Source: Bispira polyomma (taxonomy: Eukaryota). From it: a stretch of DNA of 64,000 nucleotides. Position numbers and translations under genes: made by a program. The stretch covers positions 51,088,001-51,152,000 of the forward strand of contig OZ287752.1 in NCBI GenBank assembly GCA_965649765.1, in the 5' to 3' direction. The notes under the pieces were generated by a model that was given only the letters and a program-made list of their open reading frames with translations, did not search any database and was not told the origin of the DNA. The stretch's first letter is position 1. Each line of letters opens with the position of its first letter. This document shows positions 39,781 through 53,091 of the stretch, one piece after another.

Positions 39781-40295
39781 TACTTCTGTAGCGCCACAAT
39801 TGATGACCAGGCATCCTCTGTGGTGCATATCCTAATAAGTGTGCAAAAGGATGTTTTGGTAGACAGAAAAAGGTTTGTGATCAGAGGTCAGTCGTGACCA
39901 ACAGATGAATAATAAGGCGGGAAAGCGAGCTTATACAGATGTGTTTTGAGCTTTTTTTCTAAAGCCTGTGATGCTTGTCTTAGTCCAAAGACTAGTAGGG
40001 AGACTATTCCACTCAGCAGGTGCTGCAACTAAGAATGAATTTAAACCAGCCGATTTTTTTAGGCAGGAAACCGTAGGTGGAGAGACGATTACTTCTGATG
40101 AGATTGCTGAGACAACATTGTGGACAGGTTGTTGTACACATGGACTGTCTTAAAAATGGGAACAATTACCTTAAATTTAATACGGAACTCAATAGGCAGC
40201 CAGTGTAATTGTTTAAGCAGAGGAGTTGTGTGAGTGTGAGGACCTGCATGGCATACAATTCTGCATAGGTTATTTTCTGTAACTTGTTCAATCAA
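39781..40295 (-). mobile_element. LINE (CR1/L2-group) 3' end fragment
   Basis: HTTPLLKQLHWLPIEFRIKFKV and a LKTHL-type C-terminus; the 3' tail matches 45880-46140 in the opposite orientation. Confidence 0.75.
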
Positions 40296-40380
40296 GACTC
40301 ATTAATTTATTCATTAATTTGCAACAAGATATTAAATACTGAATTAACCAGATAACAAAAATGTATACGCGACTTCCCAA

Positions 40381-40540
40381 TGTTGATTTTAGTGTTAAAG
40401 ACAAAGTTAACACCATTATAAATAGCCTTTCTTAACTGTTACTGGGGACTAAGACTAAAACCTTTTCGGCCAAAAACAAAGTCCAAAATATTAAGCCTAA
40501 GACTATGTTAAAGTTAAAGGCCTTCAGTGAATATGACCAC
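40381..40540. mobile_element. Truncated MITE of the GGGCC(G/A)TATTCAC family
   Basis: Body matches 960-1110; right TIR gtgaatatgacc. Confidence 0.5.
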
Positions 40541-42484
40541 ATTAGCCTTGGAAATCAAATGTATGCTGAAGTAGTAAAACATTTTCTGCCTCTGTTTTGT
40601 GGCTTTTTGTAGCCACTGGCGACCGAACGGGTACCATTACCAATAATTACCAAATCTGACAGGAGCCTTGTAGAGGCTATACCCAAATACTAATCATATA
40701 TGTAGAACTACACCATGGAAAAGTTAGTTGACAGAATTGATCTTTCAAGACAGTGGACAGGCTAAAGACAGATCCTACAGGGATTTTATCTCTAATTTTA
40801 GGCTGATCCGGATCCTAACCAAGCAACTCTAAAATTTCACATGATTCGGACAAATTTTTCGTCCAGTGTGAATAGAAAACACACATTTTTAGATAATTTC
40901 ACAGATCCATATCCGGATTTGCTGGAATGTAGATCTACCTTAATGGTACTCACTTTATACCAAATACTTAATCTACTTGTAAATATGCCACTTAATCTCC
41001 CAATCACAGCTATTGTGGGTTATATTTACATATTTAAAGTTATTCTACACCATACACTGCTACATATAAAATATCTATTTATATATATATATATATACCA
41101 CCAGAACATTATCTATATTGTTAAATATTATTATTTTGAGAACATTTAATAAATTGGTACATACCATTATGAACGATTATATGGTGTGGAATTATCTTAT
41201 ATCTCTTTAAATCCCTCCGTTTTTTTAATATCCCTCTGTCTTTGTAACTACCCACTGTCAATTAATATAATAACTCTTCACTTATTTTACTTCTTCTGTT
41301 TATTTGTGTATCCAGGTACGGAGCCACGGGATCAATACCTAGTATTAATGTGTGGTGTGTGTGTGTGTGTGTGTGTGTAGTGTAATAGGGGGGGGGGGGG
41401 ATCACCAAAGTCCCGTGATTTCTTTGTAGACAACGGAATATTCCCCCTGGTCTGACTTTGATCATGTTTTAAGAGAGAACGCCCAAGCTGTGTTCAAATG
41501 TATGGATCTTGCCCACAGCGTCACAAAAACACCTGGACAGACGTTCGTGAAAAGCTTATATAGATATCTATTTAAGGCAATGTTTTAGGTCATTTTAAGG
41601 TAAGTAAATATACACAATATGTCAATGTAAGGCCCAATCTTATACTATATTATGGTCTGCTTGAACTTGAGCACAACACAGGTTAAGTGTGGGGGGATCT
41701 CCAGGATCGAATCCATTGTCAGTAGACTGGGGATGGGGGTGGGGGGTCTTTGAATGGATACCTTGTGTTTAGTTATATAAAATCGAAAGGCTGTCACTAC
41801 ACAAAAGCACTTAGTATGGCTTGTCAAAGAGAAAGAGAGGAAAAGTGGGTTTCCATTTCACTGAAGTAGATCTATACTGAATATACGATCGCACAAACAG
41901 TGTTATGTATTAGTGAATTAGAAGTATTTTGTTCTTTAGAGTAAAACATGACGAGATCAATGCATAAACTACCAGATTGAGAGTGCAGTAATAGATATTT
42001 AGAGCACTTCCCTTTTTGTTCTTTATTTCAATGTTGAAATACTTTTTATAAATTCTAAATAACTGTTGATTAGATCAGTAACGTGCAGACTATGATTGTT
42101 TACTGGTTGAAATCACCTGAAATAAAAGATAAAGTCTTAAACATAGACGGACGTAAATTTAAAGTATAAAATCCATGCACTGGATAAATAGCACAGTATC
42201 CATAATTGTAAATGAAATTTTATTTGGTTAATATTTATTCCTTTATCAATATTGCTCCACGTTAAGAGTGATATATAAGCGCTATATAGATGGATGACTG
42301 ATCATTTTCTACTGTTATTTAACAAAATTGTGGTATTCAAAATAAATATGTGTAACTATTATAAAATGTATAGATAAATAGATAACAGATACACGTTTGT
42401 TTAACTTTTCTTTTCTGATGTTATCCACACCTGTTTTGACGTGGTCAACCAATAAATCTGTTCATTAAAAAATACAACAATTAG

Positions 42485-43590
42485 GCTGATGATGCACAGT
42501 TGTACATCCATCTATCTTCAGATTACCCCTCTGCTTTGATAGTCTGAAAGGGTGTCTTAATGATGTTCAGGAATGCTTTCCATAACAATTAAACCTAAAT
42601 CCTGATAGGACAGGAGTTCAGTCGATTTGGCTCCAAACCCCAACAAGAAATATTAGCTCAATATTTCACCAGTGAAAGCTTCTTAAAATAGGAGTAATGT
42701 GAGTATACTTGGTAGTTTTGTTACTAGGTTGTGTCTGGCTAGACTGTGTGTGACTTGGCGGTCTTGTATGCATTGCAACTTTAGATATAACCTGAAAAGG
42801 GTTCGAAAAGAGAATAGCAGTTTTAGAGGCGACTATTAACCAAGGCATTTGCAGCCAAGGTAGCAGTCCATGGAGTCATGTCAGATAACGTGGAATCCTT
42901 CTATGATCTGTCAGCTGAAAAATACAGGCCTAGCACACTATCTGGACATGGTTAGCAAATGATAAATTAGAGTCAAACATCACCCTAAGGTTTTACAGGA
43001 TGGAACATTTTGCCTACCTAGTTAACTTAGACTTAATTATCATCAAGTTTATCACACCGCAACTTAAAGCTAAACACAATAATTTCAGTCTTGTCTTGAT
43101 TTAATTTCAGCCTATTTGCAAACAACCATTTTTATATAAAAACATCACAGAGTATCATTAGATTATCAAGGATAGCAGCAGCATTCTTTTAAGAGATATG
43201 GACGAACAATTGTGTATCATCTGCATACAAATGATAATTGATATGGTTGTATTTACCATTGATTTTACAAAGAGGAGTGGTGTATGTGGAGAAAAAGATA
43301 TGTCCCAATGCAGACCATTGTTGAGTAACATACTGTAGTCTCTATAAATAGAACAGCGTATAACCTGAACCCAATCTGACAAGTATGAAGTGAACCACTC
43401 CCAAACAGTGTCACTATGCCCAAAAGAGGATGATAAACTCTCAAATACAGTGCTATGATCAATTGTATCGAAGGCAGCACAGAGATCAAACAAAACTAAA
43501 GCAGTAGGTTCACTCTTGGGCAGATAAATATGTATCTCATTTTTGATTAACAAAAGGGCTGTTTCAGTTGAATGACCCTGCTTATGTGTT
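42485..43590. mobile_element. LINE (CR1/L2-group) RT fragments in opposite orientations
   Basis: Plus strand 42485-42660 gives ADDAQLYIHL and LNPDRT. Minus strand 42666-43590 gives LVLFDLCAAFDTIDH, YADDTQL and HITPILRSFHW. Confidence 0.75.
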
Positions 43591-44699
43591 GTAGTTTGGT
43601 TGTTAATTTGGTTGATTTATGTTCTACTACTACAGTCTAAAATATCTTTACATGTATAACTATTAATAATGAATTTTATAAGTACAGCTCTGATTAGGTA
43701 ACAAGACTAATAGTATACTAAAAATAATAGAACTGATGCGTAGTCAGGGCGACATGTATTATTGTCTCAGATAATGAAAACAATGTTTCTACGTAGCTCA
43801 TCATATTAAAATTTGGGTTATCCTAAGACTCTACTAATTTAATCTTTTCATTTTTGTATATTTCTATTAGATGTTTACACTAGTGTCTTTTGGTTGGTCT
43901 GTTTGTCACCATTAATACACACAATTGACTAAATCGATGTACAACAAAACTTGGTTGAGGGATGGCGCTTGGGTGAAGGCAGACCCAGGAATGTTATATT
44001 ATTCTTTTTGACACTGTGGCTCCTTTGTAAAAATATGCACCTCAGTATAATGCCCATTTAGTTTAGTGTGGGATTAGTAAACAATTACTAGAGGATTTAT
44101 TCAGATTAATAATTCACATGTTTAACAACAGACTTCAAGTATATTTACCATGAAATCAATTGACCCTTACTTGTGTAAATACACTAGATCTGTGGAAATG
44201 ATCATTATTTGATTGGGAATTAATGTATTTAACTATTTTTACCAGTGAGTAATTAGTAATGGAAATTAGTAAGTGACCATTACTGACCTTTAATAATGAC
44301 TTGCAAAGTATATTTTGGAAGGTGATAATGGTTTCTCAATCATAACCAACATGTGTACAATGCACTACATACATGCTTATACGTCACTATTAACTTGAAC
44401 ATGAACTATATATTTTAAACAATTCAAATAAAGTTTACAGTGAAATAAAATATTCCTGGCTTTTGGGCATAAGGCCATTGCCCTAATGCTTTAAGAGGGA
44501 CCTCACCTCAAACTCTTCCAAATCTTAAAAATAAAATTTCAAGGTCACCTTTATTAAAATTTTACTATTTTAAACTCAAGATAGGGTGACCTTATACTCA
44601 GCTTAAGGTGACCTTATACCCATCTTAACTACAACTGTATATACATCAATAATAGTTTTAATATAGAACTAATAAAAATTTTAACCACACTTCCTGACT

Positions 44700-45671
44700 T
44701 GCTTTTGTAATTTATTATACATATGATATCTATGTTACAATTTGATTTATATGTTTTGTTACTAGTTAAGTATTCTGTATGCGGACATTCTGATGTAGTT
44801 CATTTAGTTCTTGTTTGAAGACGAGGCAGAGAATGAATTGCTTGAAATGTAGTAGTGGAAGTAGTGTTGGATATGAGGGCTTGAGAGTAAGAAAGCCTAT
44901 TCATCTTCCATTTGGTGTCATTGACCCAACTCAAGCGCCCCTCTTCAATATCATGCTTATTGCTAGCATAAGCCCCACCGGCAATCTCCCAGGAGATGTT
45001 GGAGGCATCCTTAAGGGTGTCTGCCAGTTGGGAGAGCATGGCTCGTGAAATGGCAGAGTTTTTAACTTCGAGAATGTTTTGGATCTGGCCAGCAGCAAAC
45101 TGTGTGACTGACAACTCATCAAAAGAAACTAGCTTTTTGCTAACACCAGATAGACAGGCCTCGTTCGGTTAATGCTTCATGAGGTCAGATACATACACTT
45201 CAGAGGTATTATAATGTCCGATTTTTGTAGTAGTAGTAGGCCGATGTAGAAAAATCTGCTGCGAGAGGCTGAGTCGAAAACGCGCTGGCAGTGTTACCTC
45301 TGTGTGTGTCATAAAGCCCTAGTGAAGTGGGTAACCCTGTATGAGAACCTCGGGGTGCGTGATGAGTAGAAACAAGGCTAGTCGCCATTTTTTCAGATTT
45401 TAAGTTGGACACATCTACTTGTAGTTTGGAAGCTGTAGTTAACAAGGTTTTGGGTGGTGTATGCCTCACAGTAGAATTTTTCACTGCTAGCTTGTCCACT
45501 TGCCTCAGAAACTCTGCTAAGGTCATCACTGTCAAGACAGGGTTGATGAAGATCAGTATTCCCTGTGTCTGCAGTGCGTTTGCATTGATTTCCAAATGGT
45601 CGTGTGTGAAAGATTTTACATCTGGAGCACGAGGCTGTTTCAATAGAGTTTCTCTTTTTTCCTCTACCCAT
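44700..45671 (-). pseudogene. Degenerate DIRS-type gag ORF (no pol follows it)
   Basis: Starts MGRGKKR...CSRCKIFHTRPFGNQC. The segment QFAAGQIQNIL...LKDASNISWEIAGGAYAS..HDIEEGRLSW aligns with [11 protein letters not shown]...[28 protein letters not shown] of the 36257-37474 gag. Several frameshifts and stops. Confidence 0.8.
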
Positions 45672-45879
45672 TTTTAAGAAATATCCACACAAACTAACAC
45701 AAAAGGTGCACAATATTGTTTTCTGCATGAAAACTATTGTAATTTTGTAAAATAATAAACACTTTAGCAGGCAATTGGATTTTAAGTAATATTTTTAAAA
45801 AATTTCCAATGACCGCTGAGTTCTTAAGATTTTTGATATTGGTAGTTTGACTTCTGACTTAATAATGAGCTTATCATGG

Positions 45880-46140
45880 AAAGGGCGCGAAAACGCTGAG
45901 GAGAGTAAGGGAGACTTGTCTTCTGACTTATCAGTGACTGATCAAGCATCATGGGTTTCAGAAAAAGGCTCAAAACACATTTGTATCAGCTCGCTTTTCC
46001 ACCTTAGCAGGCCATCTGATGGTCACGACTGAATCTCTGATTCGCACCTTTTCTGTCTACCGGACTATGCTCTTGCACACTGACTAGGATATGCGCCACA
46101 GAGGATGCCTGGTCATCGATTGTGGTGCTATAGAAGTAAA
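45880..46140 (+). mobile_element. LINE (L2-like) 3' tail fragment
   Basis: RLKTHLYQLAFPP* followed by a tail (gcgccacagaggatgcctggtcatc...tgtggtgctatagaagta) matching the reverse complement of 39781-39960. Confidence 0.7.
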
Positions 46141-47951
46141 AACATTAACATCAGTGAGATTAATGAAAAGAAGAGTAAGAGGGTTATTTGTTGCTGATAT
46201 CTAGGTGCAGCACTGTGGTTGTAGTGACTGTGATAAGCAAAAAGTTTTGAAATAGAAGGTACTGTAATGTATAACATTTTTGTGGCTGACTAGCCATGCT
46301 ACTTTGTGGCAGTGATGAAGAATAGCAATAAGCTTAGTAAACTTTAGAACGCTCTTTTACTATCTTACTATCTACAAAGCACTATACAATCAAAGCGTAA
46401 CAATCTGAAACCCAGGACAATGGCTTCATTTAGATTAACATATACATTTTATTGGATTAAAGACCCCTACTAATTATTAGACCTAGTGCAGACTGATGTG
46501 TAATTTTACACCCAAATTTCATGTTATCTTTTCCAGGTTAGCCCTGGCTTCTTCACTAGTTTATTATTGAAATCTAAAATTAATAATAACCTAAACTGAT
46601 TAATTTGGCCCTTTATGACTTAGTCTCCCGCCAGAAGCTAATTATCTTAAATAAATAATAAAAATTGGAGAGGGCACAACACCATTTTACTTTTTTTTTA
46701 CAAACTTTTTCTTCAATCACCCACATCCCCATCTGACAGCCTAGTTTGTTCTCTTTTTTTGGTCGCGCGGGGAGCAAGCTCAGTGCTATATTTTATATGT
46801 ATCTTTTCCTTGTAATGACTTTTCTTTTGATGAAAAGACTTATCCATTTCTTCCAACCACTTATCAAACTAATATCTTCGAAAAACTGACAAAAATTAAA
46901 AAATTTCTTTTTAAGGTTAAGACTTATCTTTTCAATCTTAACATACACATTTTCCCGCCTTTTGGAGGGCGTGGACATACAGCTCACACAAAAGCAAGCA
47001 GCACAGCATCACACAAATGGTCCTCACAAGAATCACAGTTCTAAAAGCATACATAACCATGCATGTTGTTTTTTGTACAAGCCCATTGTATTTTGTATGT
47101 AACAAGGTAGCATCTAAGGCACGAGTGAGCTTTTCTATAGGTGCTGGGAAATTATTAACTCTATAGAATCAATGATACATGAACAAAATGGTTGCAACTC
47201 TTATTTTTAGTTTTTTAGCTTCAGCTAGTCAATGTTTTTGTATTTTTTTATCACTAAAACTTTTTCATTTTGCATATAAATTCTTTCATATTTCTATATT
47301 AGTGATATCTTTATCTTTTATAAACATTAGTAATAATTTTATATATCTTCAACAATTTAATTCCATATTTTAAAACTATTCTCAAAATTTAAGGCCATCT
47401 TATAAATTATAAATTTACGGTAATCTCAACATCTCCTAATCTTAGGCTAAGCTCAGCTTACTTTCAAAAGCTTCAGGTTACTCTAACTTTAAGCTAAATG
47501 CAATAATTTATAAATCCTTAAGTTAAGATAAAACTTAAACTGAGGTTACCAAAAACTAATAGTAAACTAAATTTTAGATTACCTTAAACTAGTTTAGGTG
47601 GTCTTATTCTCAATTATATTTTATCCAGTATGTACATAGGGTAAACTTATATATATATCTCAACTACTAGTTTCCTTTCAAGATCAAACATAACATCCTA
47701 ACGAATGAGGCACTGGGTCCCGTTTCTTCACTAGTTCAATATTAAAATCCAGAATTAATATTAACCTAAACTTATGGAATTGGCATGTTATAACTTAGAC
47801 TACTAGTTATACCAAAGAAAATCATAGTGGTATAATGGTCTTCGCTTTGCAAAATGTGATTACTATATTTTAGGATTATTGTGTTATATGTATTAGACTA
47901 TACATGTTATATACAACAAGAAACCCTTAGCTGTAGCAAGTAAAAAACACA

Positions 47952-48104
47952 GACATTATTGTCAAGAGTTACAGATGCATTATGTCCACATGGAAGATAT
48001 ATTTTCTGATATTTGGCTTAGTATATGAGGACATTGTTTTCAAAAGTTACAGATGCATTATGTCCACATGGAAGATATATTTTCTGATATTTGGCCTAGT
48101 ATAT
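47952..48104. repeat. ~78-bp tandem repeat (2 copies; a third copy resumes at 50681-50750)
   Basis: agttacagatgcattatgtccacatggaagatatattttctgatatttggc(t/c)tagtatat at 47967, 48045 and 50681. Confidence 0.85.
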
Positions 48105-48535
48105 CAGCCTCTCACCCAAGAGGGGCTGGCAGGCCAAATTTGCCCAGCCAGCCAAAAGAAAGATGCACTATAAAAAGCAAACAAGTTTGTTACACATTTG
48201 GGTTGTTTATTCACACATAAAAACACATGTTAGTAACTACTATCTCTCAAGTTGAGGTTACCTTAATAATGCACCTGCTAAATATGAAGTTACTCCTTAA
48301 TCCTCCCACTTTAAGGTGGCCTTAACCTAAGCATGTTCTTTTACATCTCACACTTAAGGTTGCCTAAAGCTGGGTTAAGGTATTCTTAAAGTGATAGCAC
48401 CCTTGCATGTTGTTAGTTAAGGTGACCTTTCCCCTGAAGGGCCTCTACAGTCTATTTGTTATGCTAAACCTAGTTTATTTACACTACTATATAATTTGAT
48501 ATAATGTATGATATAACTTGCCAAACCCAATGTAG

Positions 48536-49537
48536 TTATTTGTAGGTGTGTGCTGTGGTTAAGTGTGTGTGAAAGGCAGCTGCTACTAGTCCTGCTGTTT
48601 TTGGAGTTTTCACCAAGTAACGCCAGATGGCATCTGAACGCCAGCCACCATGTACCTTAATGTGTTGGAGGTCAACGTGATGGTCAAAAGCCTATGAAGC
48701 AGCCGACCTTCTAAGAGCATGGAAGCCATATTCAGCTGGGATGAGGCCTACTTGCTGCACTAGGGCAGAGAAAACTTTACGTACGTGGAAGGCTGTAACC
48801 ACCACGTGTGCACCTAAGTGTGTGTATTGAAAAAGGGGGGTTTTGTTTGAACAGGGGTTGGGGGGGCAAATATCATGCAGAGCCTGTACTGGGCATAATG
48901 GGGAACCAGGGAGCCTGGGTACCTGAACCACTTGCGCTTGCCCTGACACCTGCATGTTCTGTGCACACTTAGTTATTATGTGTGCCCCGGGGGCCGCCCA
49001 TACTACGTCCCGTGGTGTGGGAAACCTTGAGGGGTGATAAAGAGTCGCTTTAGACGGAACCAAGGTTGCAAGCCTAAAGAAACCAAAGAACCCTAATAGT
49101 ATGATAGCTTTGTGTACCTTAGCCCCTGGAAACTGGGATACCAGTGATATTATCTGCATAAGTTTGTCTATAGACAGAACTCCTTTTACTTTTTATCTGA
49201 GGGGTGCATTATGAGACACCGCCTTGATCATGAGATGAACTTTTCTATGCTTTAGCACCTGCAAGGGGAAGTCGTACATCTGGAAGAAGTGGTTAAGTAC
49301 AGCTAAGTAGCCTTGTAGTGTCTGGGATCTGAGTCCCTGCTGGGCCAGGAACTCGAGGAATAGTAAGACTGGATTAAGTTCGTGGGGGACCTGAATTTTA
49401 AGGTGAGACAGAAAGGCTATGTACAGCCTGAATTTAGATTGGTATGCCATGGAGGTCTGAGGCCTAAAACCAGTAGAGATGCGTGTGTGGACATCTTGCA
49501 GTAAACGTCTGGAAAGGCTGTTACCTACAAGAATCAA
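48536..49537 (-). pseudogene. Tyrosine recombinase (single frame, two in-frame stops)
   Basis: GFRPQTSMAYQSKFRLY, FFGFFRLA, CPVQAL, HALRRSAAS*, HGGWRSDAIWRYL. Stops at 49195-49193 and 48694-48692. Confidence 0.85.
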
Positions 49538-50680
49538 ATGTCATAATTAGGTTTTGACCATTGAATGTCCACAGGGCACCAATTACATGTCTTCAGGTAT
49601 AGAACCTCGGCCTTATTTGTGCTGTAAAAATGTTGCCAACTTGACAATATATCTGCATATGTATTGTTACTTCCACGAACGTGTTCCACTGAGATGTTTA
49701 TGTTAAACTTGGCCTGAATTAACCATAATGTCCTGGCACAAGCATTCAGAAAGACATCTTTACCTTTTGACTTATTAAGTATATGGACCACAGCCATATT
49801 GTCGCAATGGACACAAACGCTTGTATCCCTCCAACAATCACCTCATAGTCTAGTCTGAAGGCAATCAATATGTTACACATCTCGAAATGTACAATACCTA
49901 GGTGTTGTTTATACTCTTGGGGAATATCCACGCTATATATTTGCCCTTCCCAATACGCCCCTAAATTTTGCAGTGAAGCATCTACAAACAATTGTTTTCT
50001 AGGGAAGTTAATTTGGTGAATGGCTGTAACCCCATTGTACGCTTGTAAAAATACACAAAACCAATTAATGTCTTTGTGAAATGAATCATTTAAGGGGACC
50101 TTAGTATGAGGGGGAGTGCCTCTTAACACCCCCAAAATCCTGTTAACGAACAGCCTGGTAGGCTTAACACAACGGTGTATGTAGATCAATTTGCCTAGCA
50201 ATTGTTGTAACTCTCTGTGTGTGGCCCAGGACTTGTGAGTCCATTGTTTACATAATTGGCTGATTTCGCTAAGTTTACCCGCTGGTATCGTCAGGACCCC
50301 CATGCGAGCATTTACATTAATCCCCAAACATGTAACACTTTCTGAGGGGGAATTTTTCGTAATTAATTGGGAGGCCTAATTCTGTGATTAAATTCTTGAG
50401 GGAGTTAAACCCAGCACTACCCTTTCTGGGAGGCGCAACGCCCAAAAAGTCGTCTAAATGCACGCACGTCCAGTGGCCAATCCGACGCAACTAGTGAGTG
50501 ACGCAGTCTGACGTCATCTAACACACGCTGGCGCCCGAGGAGAGCCCAAAGGGCACACTTACGTCCACATAGTAATCACCCTCCCAACTTATCCCCAAGG
50601 CCCCATAGTCATATGGATCACTCCTCGAATTACGATATGCTCGTTTTAGGTCGATTTTATATATAAGGGCTGTAGGGCCT
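49534..50680 (-). pseudogene. Truncated, frameshifted RT/RNase H
   Basis: Homologous to 33525-34700 (LLGKLIYIHRCVKPTRLFVNRIL vs [23 protein letters not shown]); contains stops and frameshifts. Confidence 0.85.
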
Positions 50681-52664
50681 AGTTACAGATGCATTATGTC
50701 CACATGGAAGATATATTTTCTGATATTTGGCCTAGTATATGTGGACATTGCTTTTTGCAATGTTTTTTAAAGATAGATGTATCTACAATTGACATAAACT
50801 GTAAGGTACTATTTATGTTGAGCATGGTCAATTTAACATTGATAATGGTTTCCTTCACAGGGTAGAATTCTATTTCTAACAGTCTGTCAAAAATAAGCTT
50901 TTATGATATCAATAAAAAGTGTTCAGTTTCTTTATAACTGACAAACTGTCATAAAAATATATTCTACAATGCCAGAAACATTACGATGATCAGCACTTAT
51001 ATCCTTCTTCTAGTAAAAGTTTTAGCGGATATTGCAGCATTCATTTTTGACCTTTTCAAAACGATTGATACAACTGACGGTTGAGACCTAACGAACAAAT
51101 AGCAGTTAGGGAGTTGGTTAGGACATTATGGTTGCTAGAGAATAACATCCTTGGGTAAGATATGAATACACCATTACTTACTAATAATGTTATCGGAGAT
51201 TGAGCAACTTAGAGGATGAATTGATCAATTTGCCTGTATAAATGCTTCAAAATAAAGGTATAATAAATCTAACAGTATCTGTACAGAAATGAAAGCCTTA
51301 CTGGCCTTAATTAAACAGTCATTGGCAGGTAATAAACATGATTTGGAGTTAATGTTTTTTTTATGCATAAAATTGCTTATTTTAAGCAAAATAACAATAA
51401 AAGCTATTTTAACTCATGTTGTGACATTTTTATGGAACCTAATATTAGTGGCATAATCTGTTATCTTGTTTTACAGGCCTGGGTAGTTTTTACTTAAACC
51501 CTGTTTAGCCTGATCCAGATTGTTAGCGTTCAGATTAACCCTCTATCGGCGTCAATACGGATACATTTTATAGTGTGATAACGTCGAATAAAAATTGTTA
51601 AGTAATGCCAAATAAATTGTCATAGTTTAACATGTAATGGAAGTAACAGGAAATATATAAGATAAAATCTTTATTTGTCTTAAAAAAATAGATATATATC
51701 ATATGTATTTACAAATAAATAACTTTTATTATACACCCAAACTTCTATATATTAATAAACAAAGGTTTCTGCTAAACACAATGCTTGATTTAACATAATT
51801 TTATACTGGTAGTTTAAATGTTTTGTGTAGCTTTTTATTGGTGTTCTGCCAAAGTGTCGAAATATATTAAATAAAACAAGAACCATTTCACCGTCGTCAT
51901 AAACTTGTCTACTTTTTGTAGCTTAAATATCAGCAAAAATTAATCCTTTATGAATATTGTTTCAAGAGAATTAAATCTGTGATATTTCATTGTAACCACA
52001 ATTTAAGACAATTAGTTTTAAAGAACTGAATCAAATGGACGAGTTTTCGACAACCTGTCTATATTAAACTAAAAGACACAAAGACATGTCTCTTTGTGAC
52101 ATGAATGACTCTATATTAAGCTGTATAATCAAATGTTACACCAAATGTTTGCATTTTTTTAACACATACCAGAGTTACCTTATTTTTTCACTCGGCTACT
52201 TAGCGATATTTTAAGTCGTGAGACATGATAAAGACGTCAAAACCTAACCAGTATTAGTCCATAAACCCACTGACAATGCAAGTAATTGCTACATTAAATA
52301 TGTCATATAGTTTTTGGGGTGTAAGAGCAAATATATCATAGTTTTTGTTTGCTGCAAACCTCATGTTTGTTCTTCTAAATTGATTTCTGCAACCCAATTA
52401 GATTGTTTATTTTTTGAGACTTTAGTGTCATGCACCTGAGAGAATAGATTATTTGCTTAGATATAAATGTCACCAGTTAATAATCAGGTGCACACTTAAA
52501 ACGAAAATTATGTGTCTGAAAACTCTCACTTTGTGGACAAACAAATACGCTAGATATTTACATGAATATTATGTTTAGGTACAATTCAGCTACTATTTAA
52601 ATGTATACTTTAACCAATTGTTGGTAAAATATATACAAAAATAATTCCATTTCTGACAGAATTC

Positions 52665-52706
<42 letters not shown>

Positions 52707-53091
52707 ATATATATATAAACCTTTCTCAGATATAAGACCTTCAACCTATGAAAGGATTTTGCAACAGATTTAAGTACAAACGAAGACTACTATCTACCTA
52801 TTTATGGAAAAATATATTTTATCTGAAACATTTAGTTACCAGTTTTCAGTTTTTAGCCAACCATAAAAAGTAATTATAATTTGCTTTCACACAGCCCTTG
52901 AAAGCTCAGATCGATAAAAACTATAATAATTACTTCACAGATATTTACAAGAAAATCAAAGATACTTTATGAAAACATGCAGAAATATTGTGCTACTTCC
53001 AAACAAGCCACAGTTGATATAATAATTAACAAAAGCCTCAGGGACCCTGCTGATTGACAAGTCTGTAGAATCTCTGCCTCTGAGGTGGGTA

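Larger units (their letters stand above)
48105..50680 (-). mobile_element. 5'-truncated DIRS-order relic (RT C-half, RNase H, YR, 3' non-coding), distinct from the 31-37 kb family
   Basis: YKIDLKRAYRN...VPFG...HLDD (degenerate RT); FVDASLQNLG, HFEMCN, HVRGSNNTYADILS (RNase H); YR at 49537-48536. Confidence 0.88.

Noticed and set aside
40095-40125. Hammerhead ribozyme core (CTGATGAG)
   Set aside because: No GAAA core or flanking helices; it lies inside a LINE fragment.
39736-44151. Assigning the G3 start exon
   Set aside because: Several ATG|GT candidates (39738-39736, 44151-44149 and others) cannot be distinguished without transcript data.
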